The position numbers and the translations under genes were made by a program. Positions 41,446-51,000 of a stretch of DNA of 64,000 bases are shown piece after piece (the first letter of the stretch is position 1; each line of letters begins with the position of its first letter). The DNA lies in NCBI GenBank assembly GCA_965240855.1, contig CBDEMG010000060.1:8006-72005 (forward strand), in the 5' to 3' direction. This DNA is from an uncultured Bacteroidia bacterium (GTDB lineage Bacteria; Bacteroidota; Bacteroidia; Bacteroidales; CAJPTX01). Under the pieces are notes generated by a model. That model did no database searches, was not told where the DNA came from, and worked only from the letters and a program-made list of their open reading frames with translations.

Positions 41446-43341
41446 ATGTTGAAGAATTTATCGCTTTCAGCAAAAGTTGTTGGTTTAACAACAGTAGCTG
41501 CTTGTTTTGTGGCGGGGATGCTGCTCGTGATCTTGTACAATACTTCTTTGAACTCAGGGAGTGCTACTGCTCGTGCGCAGCTCGAGACCGCTTCGCAAGA
41601 ATTATCTCTTGAATTAAGCGGAAAGCTAGCGAGTGGCGTCGGGATTGTACGTACTCTGGCTCGCTTACTCTCGGGCAAAGAACAAAATGCTCCGTACATG
41701 AGAGAGGAATGGATTGATTACTGCAAAGATGCACTCGTTATGAGTCCTGGAATTTATGCCATCGCATTAGCCTACGAACCCAATGCCTTCGATACACAAG
41801 ACTCCGAATTCATATACAAACGCGGTTGTGACCATAAAGGGCGTTATGTCCCTATTGTAGGACGAGATACGCGCGGCGATCTCATTGTGGATACCTGCCA
41901 AAACTATAAAGTAGACACGCCTGATTCTTGGTATTTCAATCCCAAACGAGATCAGAAAACCTACGTAACAGACCCCTACGAAGCTTATGTAGGTGGAGCG
42001 AATCGACTCATGTTTACTCTCAGCGAGCCTATTATCACAAACGGTATTTTCCGCGGTGTTTGCGAAATTGATATGGAACTCTCGCAAATTGTAAAATGGA
42101 TACAAAATAGTTCTGTACTCGGTGGGATTGGTCGGGTAGTATTGTATACACCTTCTAGAAAACTCTTATGCAACTCCGAACAACAAGGCGATGTAGAATT
42201 ACCAGAGGTCGCTAAAATACCTCTTCTATCAGATGAGGAGAACGCAAACTTATTAACTGGTAAAATGGTTTCAACAGAGCGCGATGGTGTTTTTTCTGTT
42301 TTCACTCCCTTTTATTTTGGCACCAGCACGCGTCCTGTTATTCTCGAGGTGTCGGTTCTTAAGCGCGAGATTCTACGCCCTGTATACGCCACCGTCTTTT
42401 TTTCAACACTCATAACCCTCGCATTAGCACTTTTCTTCACGATTTTCTTTGCTCTCATGGTGGCTCGTTTAGTACGCCCACTACGCACTATAACAAAGGA
42501 GATTAGACAGATCTCTCAAGGAGATCTTACCATTGGCGAGATTCTTCTCGGGAATCGAGGCGACGAAGTCGGGCAGATTGCTTACTACTTCAATGATATG
42601 ACCCGTAAGCTACGATCTATGATCGGAAGTATACAATCATCAACCGAACGTATGACAAGTGCCAGTACGCAAATCCTTAGCTCTTCCGAGACTGTAGCGA
42701 ACTCTGCATCCGAGGAAGCTGCCTCGTCCGAAGAAATACAGGCTCAGTGTACAAGTATTCTCGATATCTATAGTACGGACAAAAACGAACTCAATCAAAC
42801 CTATTCTCTGGTCGATCAGATTACAGCAAGCATAGTAATCCTGACAAAGGGAGTCAACGAAACGCACGAGCGCTTAAATGATATCATAAAGCAAGAACGC
42901 CAACTAACTCGTATTGCACAACAAACCAATATTTTAGCACTAAATGCTGCTGTCGAAGCTGCGCGCGCTGGCGAGTATGGCAAGGGGTTCGCCGTCGTAG
43001 CAGGCGAGGTTCGAACCCTAGCCGAACAAAGTACCGAAATTGTGAAAAATGTTACCGATCTCGGACAGCGTTCCATGCAAGCCTCTCTAGAGACAATTGA
43101 TAGCATGGGAGAGCTACAAAAGATGATGGGAGGAATCATTGTTAGTGTTACAGCCCTGAATGATAATGGAGAGCGAGTCCTCGATTTCTTACAACAGATT
43201 ACGACTGCCGTTACAACGCTTAGCAATACTGCACAAGCTTCTGCTGCCGTTGCAGAAGAGTTGGCAGCAGGAGGACATACACTTACAGAACATGCCGAAC
43301 TCCTACAAAAAGAAGTTGAGCAATTTAAACTGAATTCTTAA
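41446..43341 (+). CDS. Methyl-accepting chemotaxis protein (TM - Cache-like ectodomain - TM - HAMP - MCP signalling domain)
   Basis: 631 aa with two TM segments (aa about 11-31 and 314-343). A Cache-like region is present (DSWYFNPKRDQKTYVTDPYEAYVGG). The HAMP segment is followed by a near-consensus hairpin tip ILALNAAVEAARAGEYGKGFAVVAGEVRTLAEQS. Confidence 0.92.
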   Translation: MLKNLSLSAKVVGLTTVAACFVAGMLLVILYNTSLNSGSATARAQLETASQELSLELSGKLASGVGIVRTLARLLSGKEQNAPYMREEWIDYCKDALVMSPGIYAIALAYEPNAFDTQDSEFIYKRGCDHKGRYVPIVGRDTRGDLIVDTCQNYKVDTPDSWYFNPKRDQKTYVTDPYEAYVGGANRLMFTLSEPIITNGIFRGVCEIDMELSQIVKWIQNSSVLGGIGRVVLYTPSRKLLCNSEQQGDVELPEVAKIPLLSDEENANLLTGKMVSTERDGVFSVFTPFYFGTSTRPVILEVSVLKREILRPVYATVFFSTLITLALALFFTIFFALMVARLVRPLRTITKEIRQISQGDLTIGEILLGNRGDEVGQIAYYFNDMTRKLRSMIGSIQSSTERMTSASTQILSSSETVANSASEEAASSEEIQAQCTSILDIYSTDKNELNQTYSLVDQITASIVILTKGVNETHERLNDIIKQERQLTRIAQQTNILALNAAVEAARAGEYGKGFAVVAGEVRTLAEQSTEIVKNVTDLGQRSMQASLETIDSMGELQKMMGGIIVSVTALNDNGERVLDFLQQITTAVTTLSNTAQASAAVAEELAAGGHTLTEHAELLQKEVEQFKLNS

Positions 43342-43353
43342 TACAACGTACAG

Positions 43354-43387
43354 ACGGGTGGAAATCATTACCACCCGTTTTTTTTCT
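43354..43387 (+). terminator. Rho-independent terminator after the MCP gene
   Basis: ACGGGTGG-9 nt-CCACCCGT followed by a T9 run. Confidence 0.85.
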
Positions 43388-43440
43388 CTCCGCGCCCTAT
43401 CTTTCTTTCATAATACTCACGATGCTCTATTTTGGTTGAA

Positions 43441-44736
43441 ATGTTTACTACACAAATAAAAGAGATATATTCCTACTATACTCCTACAGCGGGCGTTTCT
43501 ATCGATAGTCGTAAAATCTCCACTGGCACAATCTTCTTCGGTCTCCCTGGCGAAAAGGTAAATGGAGGAATCTATGCACAACAAGCGTTAAAAGCAGGCG
43601 CTTCGCTAGCCATTGTGGATTCCGAACATGCTTGTAATATTAAAGACTGTATTGTCGTCCCCAACGTTACAGAAACGCTTATAGAACTAGCAACGTGGCA
43701 TCGCAAACATTTGACTTGTCCCATCATCGGTATCACTGGTACAAATGGGAAAACAACCACAAAAGAACTTCTACGTACTGTTCTCGCCTCTCAATACAAG
43801 GTAACAGCAACCGATGGTAACTTAAACAATGCAATTGGCGTCCCCCTCACACTGCTAAGTATTCCTCGCGATTGCGAGCTCGCTATTATCGAGATGGGGG
43901 CTAACCACCCTCACGAAATTGCGGAGCTCTGTTCTATTGCAGATCCAACTCACGGACTTATCACCTCCATCGGCGCTGCACATCTAGAAGGTTTCGGTTC
44001 TCTCGAGACCATCGCCCAAACTAAAAGCGAACTTTTTGCATACTTACATACCCGAGAGCGCTTAGCTTTTGTCCGCTCTGACGATACTCTAATTTTAGAA
44101 GAAAGTACAAAGCTCCACCTCGGTTGTATGGCTTCTTACTATTCTCTGGAATCCTACGCCGCAAACATATCTACAGATACCGACGGTCATCTCGATTTAC
44201 ATTTTATCCTAAACAACCATCGCTATCATTGTCCAACACAACTAATAGGCTCATACAACGCAATAAATGTATTAGCAGCTCTACATGTAGGGCACTATTT
44301 CAATGTCCCATTCGAACAGGGGTGCAAAGCTATTGCAAACTACACTCCCGCTATACACCGTTCGCAACTCGTCCTAGGTGCACGCAACAAACTCATTGTA
44401 GATTGTTACAATGCCAATCCTACAAGTATGCAATTGGCTATAGAAAGCTTTATGCAAATTCCTTACACTGGCAAACGCCTCCTTATCCTTGGAGCTATGA
44501 AAGAACTCGGCTCTGCAACCCAAGACGCTCATAGCAAGCTACAACAACTCGTACAACATCTTAATACTTCTGTATGGTATATCGGCTCTGAATGGGAAAA
44601 GGAAGATGGTGCCCTCTACTTTGCTACAACAGCTGATTGCATGCGACACATTGAACTTACGCACTATCACAATGCACTCATTTTACTCAAAGGTTCGCAC
44701 TCTGTGGGATTAGAACGCCTCCTTCCCCTTCTCTAG
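43441..44736 (+). CDS. murF: UDP-N-acetylmuramoyl-tripeptide--D-alanyl-D-alanine ligase
   Basis: Mur-ligase P-loop GITGTNGKTTTKE with MurF-type N- and C-terminal domains. The track start 43432 is TTG; ATG 43441 is preferred. Confidence 0.9.
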   Translation: MFTTQIKEIYSYYTPTAGVSIDSRKISTGTIFFGLPGEKVNGGIYAQQALKAGASLAIVDSEHACNIKDCIVVPNVTETLIELATWHRKHLTCPIIGITGTNGKTTTKELLRTVLASQYKVTATDGNLNNAIGVPLTLLSIPRDCELAIIEMGANHPHEIAELCSIADPTHGLITSIGAAHLEGFGSLETIAQTKSELFAYLHTRERLAFVRSDDTLILEESTKLHLGCMASYYSLESYAANISTDTDGHLDLHFILNNHRYHCPTQLIGSYNAINVLAALHVGHYFNVPFEQGCKAIANYTPAIHRSQLVLGARNKLIVDCYNANPTSMQLAIESFMQIPYTGKRLLILGAMKELGSATQDAHSKLQQLVQHLNTSVWYIGSEWEKEDGALYFATTADCMRHIELTHYHNALILLKGSHSVGLERLLPLL

Positions 44737-44754
44737 AAACAATCTCCACATACC

Positions 44755-45618
44755 ATGAAATTTGTAATTCTAGCTGATGCAGGAGGCACCAGTACGAAGT
44801 GGCAAGTAACAAATCTAAGCGAACACCTCGATCTACAATTCCAAACAGAGGGTATGAGTCCTCTATATTTAACAGAATCCGAGATCTATGCGAATTTGTG
44901 TTTTGCTTTCCCCGATGAGGCTTTTCGGCTTCAGTGCGAAAGAATTGAATACTACGGAGCTGGCTGTGCACAGGATCAAGCGCCCGATCGCATGAACAAC
45001 GCACTACAAAAAGCCTTTCCCGATGCTGCGATTACAGTAGATTCGGATATGATGGGTGCAGCGCATCTACTCTGGGGTACAGAGCAAGGTCTCGTAGGAA
45101 TACTCGGTACGGGGAGTAATGCCGGCTTTTATAATGGGCACTCTATTTCATATGCCCGTCCTTCGCTCGGCTATCTACTTGGCGATGAGGGGAGTGGAGC
45201 TTGGCTCGGCAGATTGCTACTACGCGATTGGTTGTATGGAACTCTCCCACCGCATCTCGCTGCAGATATGGATGAACAATATGCTGCCAATTTAGGGTTA
45301 GTACGAAACCAACAGTTTTTTCTCTCCACCGAACCCGTTATGGTACAATTATTCCAAGGAGAACACCCCAACCGCTTTCTCGCACAATTCGCACATTTTC
45401 TACATATACACATAAACGACGTATACTGTAAAAATCTAGTTGCAAACGGATTAGAAGCCTATATAACAACGCTACTCCTACCTAATGCAACAAATTACGA
45501 ACGTCGAGTCAAAATGGTAGGAGGTATAGCAAATGCTTTCCGAACGCAACTAGACGAAGCTTGTAAAAAATATGATCTTGAATTAGTAGAAATTCGCGTT
45601 TCTGCTCTCCCAGCTTAA
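44755..45618 (+). CDS. BadF/BadG/BcrA/BcrD-type ATPase (N-acetylglucosamine kinase family)
   Basis: 287 aa with ADAGGTSTKW, GILGTGSNA and GYLLGDEGSGAWLG. Confidence 0.8.
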   Translation: MKFVILADAGGTSTKWQVTNLSEHLDLQFQTEGMSPLYLTESEIYANLCFAFPDEAFRLQCERIEYYGAGCAQDQAPDRMNNALQKAFPDAAITVDSDMMGAAHLLWGTEQGLVGILGTGSNAGFYNGHSISYARPSLGYLLGDEGSGAWLGRLLLRDWLYGTLPPHLAADMDEQYAANLGLVRNQQFFLSTEPVMVQLFQGEHPNRFLAQFAHFLHIHINDVYCKNLVANGLEAYITTLLLPNATNYERRVKMVGGIANAFRTQLDEACKKYDLELVEIRVSALPA

Positions 45619-45628
45619 TTTTTCTCAC

Positions 45629-45663
45629 AAAAAAAAGGGAGACTTTACTCTCCCTTATTTATT
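45629..45663. terminator. Bidirectional terminator between convergent genes
   Basis: An A8 run, then AAGGGAGA-CTTTAC-TCTCCCTT, then ATTTATT. Confidence 0.7.
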
Positions 45664-45684
45664 CGTTATTTATATGCAAAACTT

Positions 45685-46311
45685 CTAGTCGAATGTATAT
45701 GTCTTAGCGCCTAATAAGACAAATACCTTACCTGGATTAAATGTTGTAGGGAAACTCGCCGCCTCTGTTTCACTATTTGTTTCAGCTCTCTCCGTTGTTT
45801 CCTCTGACTTCTTAGAGTCGCCTAGAAGCTTTTCAGCTCCCTTTTCCAATTGATCCGTTGCATAGGCTTGAAGTGTATGACCAGCAATAAGAATTACGCG
45901 CGATTCTTTAAACTTCTGATTTTGCTCAAGTATCTGTTCTCGAAAATCTCCTTCTGCAACTAAGTTCAACGTTCTTGTTGCAGGATCGTACAAATATGCA
46001 CCCCCTTCATTTACCATATACAACTGCAGTGCATCCTTAGTTTGTCCGAGAATATTACGCGCATCCTTCATCCACGAGCCGCCAACATTATTCTCAAAAG
46101 CATATAACGAATTACTTACCTCTTGTAGATTTACTGAATGCTGAACGAGCCCTAACGTTGCTGTCGTTGCTCGCACTGCAGTGCTTATCAAACTACCCCA
46201 CGAACTCTTTGCAGTAGCTTCTTGTTTAGGCTTTTCTGGTTCAGGCAGCGTATACTTTCTGGGCACTTGTGCATACGAAATTATGCTACCCAGTGCAAAA
46301 CAAACACACAA
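45685..46311 (-). CDS. Hypothetical exported protein
   Basis: 208 aa. The track start is TTG (MCVCFALGSIISYAQ), giving a signal-peptide-like N-terminus without a charged n-region. An out-of-frame ATG lies 10 nt upstream (see findings). Confidence 0.55.
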   Translation of the reverse strand: MCVCFALGSIISYAQVPRKYTLPEPEKPKQEATAKSSWGSLISTAVRATTATLGLVQHSVNLQEVSNSLYAFENNVGGSWMKDARNILGQTKDALQLYMVNEGGAYLYDPATRTLNLVAEGDFREQILEQNQKFKESRVILIAGHTLQAYATDQLEKGAEKLLGDSKKSEETTERAETNSETEAASFPTTFNPGKVFVLLGAKTYTFD

Positions 46312-46353
46312 AGCTTCTCATCTCAAAATCTACTATTTAACTGATTTCTGCAT

Positions 46354-46361
46354 CAAATTTA
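46354..46361 (-). promoter_or_regulatory. Candidate -7 promoter box TAAATTTG for the 45685-46311 gene
   Basis: Plus-strand CAAATTTA is TAAATTTG on the coding strand. It lies 33-50 nt upstream of the candidate starts. Confidence 0.35.
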
Positions 46362-46579
46362 CGCTTTCCTTCAACGTTACAATGCTTTGTGCATAAAATA
46401 CCTAACCTCCCACATCAAATCCTAATACTGCCCGCTAAATATTTTGTCTGTTCAAAAACACATCCGTTTCATGAAAACTCTTACAGTATTAAGCTCTATA
46501 GTGAAATTCTCTCTAGGATATGTAAAAATACATTGCGACAATTTTAACGATCTAATAAAAACAAAGCGTATTACTCACT

Positions 46580-46606
46580 AAAAAAGGGGACTCTAGAAGC
46601 CCCCTT
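46580..46606 (-). terminator. Terminator at the end of the long signalling/transport operon
   Basis: Minus strand reads AAGGGG-11 nt-CCCCTT followed by TTTT, 39 nt after the stop at 46645. Confidence 0.5.
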
Positions 46607-46644
46607 ATAACATTTTCTACTACTAAGTATAAGCCCGTCAGTAG

Positions 46645-47088
46645 TTAGTTTTCCCCATCCAGTAAAGAGAGTACTCCTACCCCCATACCCGCTTTCCCAT
46701 CCTTAAACGAAAAGAAGAGGTGATAAGCACCCGTCTTTGTGCAGATATAATCAAAACTCGGGTAATCTTGTCCCGTTGCAGGATTATTGGTCGTCGCCAT
46801 CAATCGGTTGCTATCAAACAACTCAAGCTTCATCGTGCCATCAAAATCCTTCGAACTTGCAATAGAGAACCGATACCGATTTCCTTTTTTCAAAACTATA
46901 GGATAACGCTGAATAGGAGGCGGATCTGCTGCGTCTAAACGGATCTTAAAATCTCGGAGATACGTTGCTTCGGATCCTGCAAGTGCGCCACAGATATCCA
47001 AGAGCTCATCCTCCGATTGACCAAAAGCCAAACTTGGCAAAAATATCAAAGATAGTAGCACAACAGCTACAAGTAAAACGCGTCTCAT
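46645..47088 (-). CDS. Small exported beta-rich protein (unknown function)
   Basis: 147 aa with signal peptide LPSLAFGQ. 7-nt gap to the upstream lipoprotein gene. Confidence 0.7.
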   Translation of the reverse strand: MRRVLLVAVVLLSLIFLPSLAFGQSEDELLDICGALAGSEATYLRDFKIRLDAADPPPIQRYPIVLKKGNRYRFSIASSKDFDGTMKLELFDSNRLMATTNNPATGQDYPSFDYICTKTGAYHLFFSFKDGKAGMGVGVLSLLDGEN

Positions 47089-47095
47089 TATAATC

Positions 47096-48019
47096 CTAGC
47101 CTTTCGGTGTTATCAATTCGGTTCGTATCGCGATGATCTCGCTCATTAACTCTTGTATCAGTTCAGGTGTATACTCCACGATCTGCTTATCTTTTTGCTC
47201 CACAACTAGCTTACCATCCACGACACGCGTTTCTGGGGTGCCCTGTTCGTAGGTAATCCGAACATCATCGTACAGACTACGTAACTTCTCTAGACGATCA
47301 GCAAGCGCTCTTATATCCAAATCGCGCTCATATACACGCAAAATCGGAATCAACGTAGCCAAAACAACCTTCTGATCTGCTACACTCTCCTCCATACGCC
47401 TATTTTTGGTCATCTGTGCAACGCGCGTAGAAAGGTACATCCCTTCTACCCAAACCCCCGTTACGATTACGACACTCAATGCTGCTCTATTGGTCGATCG
47501 CAGATATCGATCAATCTTATTATAACTCTGTTGCGAAATAAAGATCAACGAATCCAAGTTTTCGTTATTCGATGCCAATCGCTTTAAAGTGGAAAAATCA
47601 AAAAATTGTCCCACCTGAATTCCATCAGCTAAATCCTTCACTGAAGAAATGTAATTCAAGACTGAAGTAGTCTTTTCATACATATTCAGGTAGCCCAAGT
47701 CTGTACCATACAAACCTAGCCCGAGTGCCTTTTCAAAATTCGTATTGAAATGATCTGCCACGTCTGTCGATATTAGCAAATCTTTATTGAAGGGCACTTT
47801 CAATCTTTTTATTAAGGCCGCCGTCTCTACTGGAGAAGAAATATTCTCCACCATCTTCTCTGTTACCCCCTCAGACAGTTCGACCTCCTGCTGATCCTTC
47901 AAGGAGTCGGGGATATTAAAATCATCCGAAACATCTGGCCCTGTACGTGTACACTGACAACCCCCAAGTATGAGACTCGTCAATGCAAACGCATAGATTA
48001 CCAATTTTCCTACTCTCAT
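47096..48019 (-). CDS. Lipoprotein, mostly helical (unknown function)
   Basis: 307 aa with lipobox LILGGC. Its ATG overlaps the ABC transporter stop (TAATG). Confidence 0.7.
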   Translation of the reverse strand: MRVGKLVIYAFALTSLILGGCQCTRTGPDVSDDFNIPDSLKDQQEVELSEGVTEKMVENISSPVETAALIKRLKVPFNKDLLISTDVADHFNTNFEKALGLGLYGTDLGYLNMYEKTTSVLNYISSVKDLADGIQVGQFFDFSTLKRLASNNENLDSLIFISQQSYNKIDRYLRSTNRAALSVVIVTGVWVEGMYLSTRVAQMTKNRRMEESVADQKVVLATLIPILRVYERDLDIRALADRLEKLRSLYDDVRITYEQGTPETRVVDGKLVVEQKDKQIVEYTPELIQELMSEIIAIRTELITPKG

Positions 48020-51000
48020 TATTTTCCTTTTTTCTCTACTGATACGATTCTCCTATGATGCACTCTTGCAAAAGAATTATTCAACCGAGAGAACAATCGT
48101 TGCAAAATTGCAAAAAGATTTCCAATCCTGCGTAACAATTCCCAATGCAAAGATAAATACAAGAAACAGCTCATGAGCCAAAGGATCACCAAATCGAACC
48201 AATAAGTATCAAAATAATGCCCCATAAAATGCTTTCGAGGTGCAAGAAAATGTGCCCCTATATCAAAGTAAGAGGTTGGTATGGGATCTCGGTAGATCGG
48301 ATCATATTGCTGCACAAGCTGATCTTTAAACTGCAAAATCTTGTTCTTCTCAAATACCTTTTGTGCTAAATCTGCAACACTCTCGTTATGATAAGCGGCG
48401 CGTTTGGCCTCGTATAGTTGCGGATTAGTAGACATCAAATGGGAGACTATTGCATCCCGCTGTTTATTCTTTTCGCCAAAAATCTTGGCATATTTCTTTT
48501 GTAACTGATCTATATAACCTATCGTCGCAAAGAGTGCTTCCTCTGTTATACTATCATAGGATAACTGTCTTATATACGGGAACTCTATCTCGGGAGCCTC
48601 TACATCATGCTCACGTTCTAGGCTACGATGCAATACGGCGAGAGCATCCCGCATCTTCTCCGCAACTGCTACAGTATCACGTTTATCCCAATTCTCTACA
48701 CAATACTCTGCTCTCTTTTGCAATTCAGGAAGGAGGTAAACTGTTTTGTAATTCGCATTGCGCTCTCCCTTTTCCATATCATAGAAATTGCGCTGAAACG
48801 CATTGTCCTTAAATTGTGCTACGACTAATGCCTCATACCCCCACTTTGTCGGCATAAATTCCGCAATTATCGGCACGCGATCAAAACTCCCAACCGCCCT
48901 ATTCAACTTCTCAAACGAGAACATTGCACCAGAGAGCACCATCATGGGAATCATTAATAGCGGAATCACTATATAAATCGTCACGGCACTATTGAAGGTC
49001 GCTGATATATTTAAACCTATCAAATTAGCGCAAACGGCCGTAGAAAAGAGAATAAGCCAATATTCCAGATTTAAGCCTCGGAGCACCAAAATACTATTAG
49101 CGATCAATACAAAGCTCAATGTCTGAATTGCTGATAAAACTAGCAGTATAAATATCTTACTAAACAAATAAGATGTCCTGCTCAAATTCAGATACTGCTC
49201 TCGTTTCAGAATCTTCCTGTCCTTGAAAATCTCCTCTGCACTCACCGTTAAGCCTATAAAGAGTGCCACTATCAACGACATAAATATATATATCGGAATA
49301 TTCTCATTCTCGCGGAATACATAGACCGAAGAATTCGGATCGGGAATATACCGAATCACATAGGCTAATATAAATGCCAGAATGGGAGTCTCAAGCAAAT
49401 TCAATATGATATACTGCGTATTACTAATCTTCGAACGAAAATCTCGCGCAGTATAAATCAAGAACTGCTTAAAACGCGAAGGGATATTCAGAGACTTCGG
49501 TGGCGGTACTGCCTCCTCTATCACATGTACTTGTTGCTTCTGTTCTCGAAAGATCTCCTCCCAACGTTGAGGCGTCACCTTACGCTTTGGTGTATAACGA
49601 CCAAACTCATCCACCACATGCGACTCTATTATATTGAAGATCAGTTCCGGATTCACATTCCCACACGTCGGACACTCCCCTACATCACTATTTACCTGAG
49701 CATCTGCCTTCTTGAAATACATCACAGCCTCTACTGGATTTCCCCAATAGACCAAATACCCCCCAGTATCCAAGATCAGCATATCGTCAAACATCTTATA
49801 GATCTCTGACGACGGTTGATGTATTACAACAAAGATGAGCTTCCCCTTGAGCGTTAATTCCCGCAACAAGTCCATTACATTCTCCGAGTCGCGCGACGAT
49901 AAACCTGAGGTCGGTTCATCCACAAAAAGTATCGATGGCTCGCGTATTAACTCTAAGGCGATATTTAAGCGTTTACGCTGTCCTCCAGAGATCATCTTGT
50001 TCAGCGGCGATCCTACCTTTAGATCCTTTCGCTCCAACAAACCTAGACTTGCCAATGTTTTATTCACTAGCTCCGTCAGTTCTTGCTCACTCTTATCTCG
50101 GAAACAAAGCTTTGCACTGTAATACAAATTCTGAAATACCGTAAGCTCCTCAATCAATAAATCGTCTTGAGGTATTACTCCAATCGTCCCCTCTAGATGC
50201 TCCTTGTCTTTATACAAATCCAGACCATTTATGCGCACCTGTCCGCCCGAAGGTAAAGACGATCCAGACAATACATTGAGCAATGTCGTCTTACCTGCGC
50301 CACTCGCCCCCATTATCCCTACAAGACGTCCATGCTCCTCCGCAAAGGAAATGTCTCGCAAACCTAACGCTCCATTAGGAAACCTATACGAGATATTATC
50401 CACCACATACGAGATCGGTGTCAGACTCAAATCCACCATAAAATGAGAGACCACATCCGTATAATAGATTGGCTTCCCCTTAGGCAACTTTATACTACTA
50501 CCACTCGCAAATAGGTATATCCGTCGATTATGTATTGAGAGTCCATTCAGGTAAAGATCTTCATTGCCCGTGTAGCGCAAGAAATAAAGGTCTTCTGACT
50601 TGATTCGAAGAATCGCCAACGGTCGATCCAAAGCATCTACTCGGATCTCCTTGCAATGTCCAGCCTCTGTATCCGTATGCTCGTGCTGACGCTCCTGTGC
50701 ATGTATGAGCAAAATAGCAGAATTCTGTAATGACGACAAATCTTTACTCAGGACAAAACCTTCGATATCTGCAAACTCCTCGGGTTCAACTTTAAAGACC
50801 TCTGAGACCGTATTGATGATTGCCATACGCTGCTCACTAAACTTCCCCTCGGCACTCACTAATTCGAAGAGACGCACCAATACAACGACCTTCTGTTTCT
50901 GTGTCAGCGTCTTATTAATCTTCTTGCAGATTCCCAATATACGCACGGAATCCTTTACCGAGGTAAGTTTACCACTCCCCCCCTTATCGTCATTTACATA

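Noticed and set aside
42700-42735. Heptad-spaced methylation pairs in the canonical MCP (ASEEAASSEEIQ)
   Set aside because: The two EE pairs are 6, not 7, residues apart. I cannot claim a consensus methylation heptad from this segment alone, so methylation-site assignment for the MCP is left open.
37299-43341. A genomic island integrated at tRNA-Cys (the protease module upstream, ugd and the MCP downstream)
   Set aside because: No integrase or excisionase is present. I spotted no direct repeat of the tRNA 3' end, and the flanking genes have ordinary terminators and promoters. HGT remains possible but is unsupported here.
50409-50640. Calling the beta-rich segment of the ABCG-like transporter (LAILRIKSEDLYFLRYTGNEDLYLNGLSIHNRRIYLFASGSSIKL) an FHA phosphothreonine-binding domain
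   Set aside because: Only the hydrophobic-NG strand resembles FHA. The canonical G-R, S-x-x-H and N-G signature residues are not all present. The idea (phospho-SiaC docking) is attractive but needs profile and structure comparison, so the segment is reported only as a beta-rich domain.
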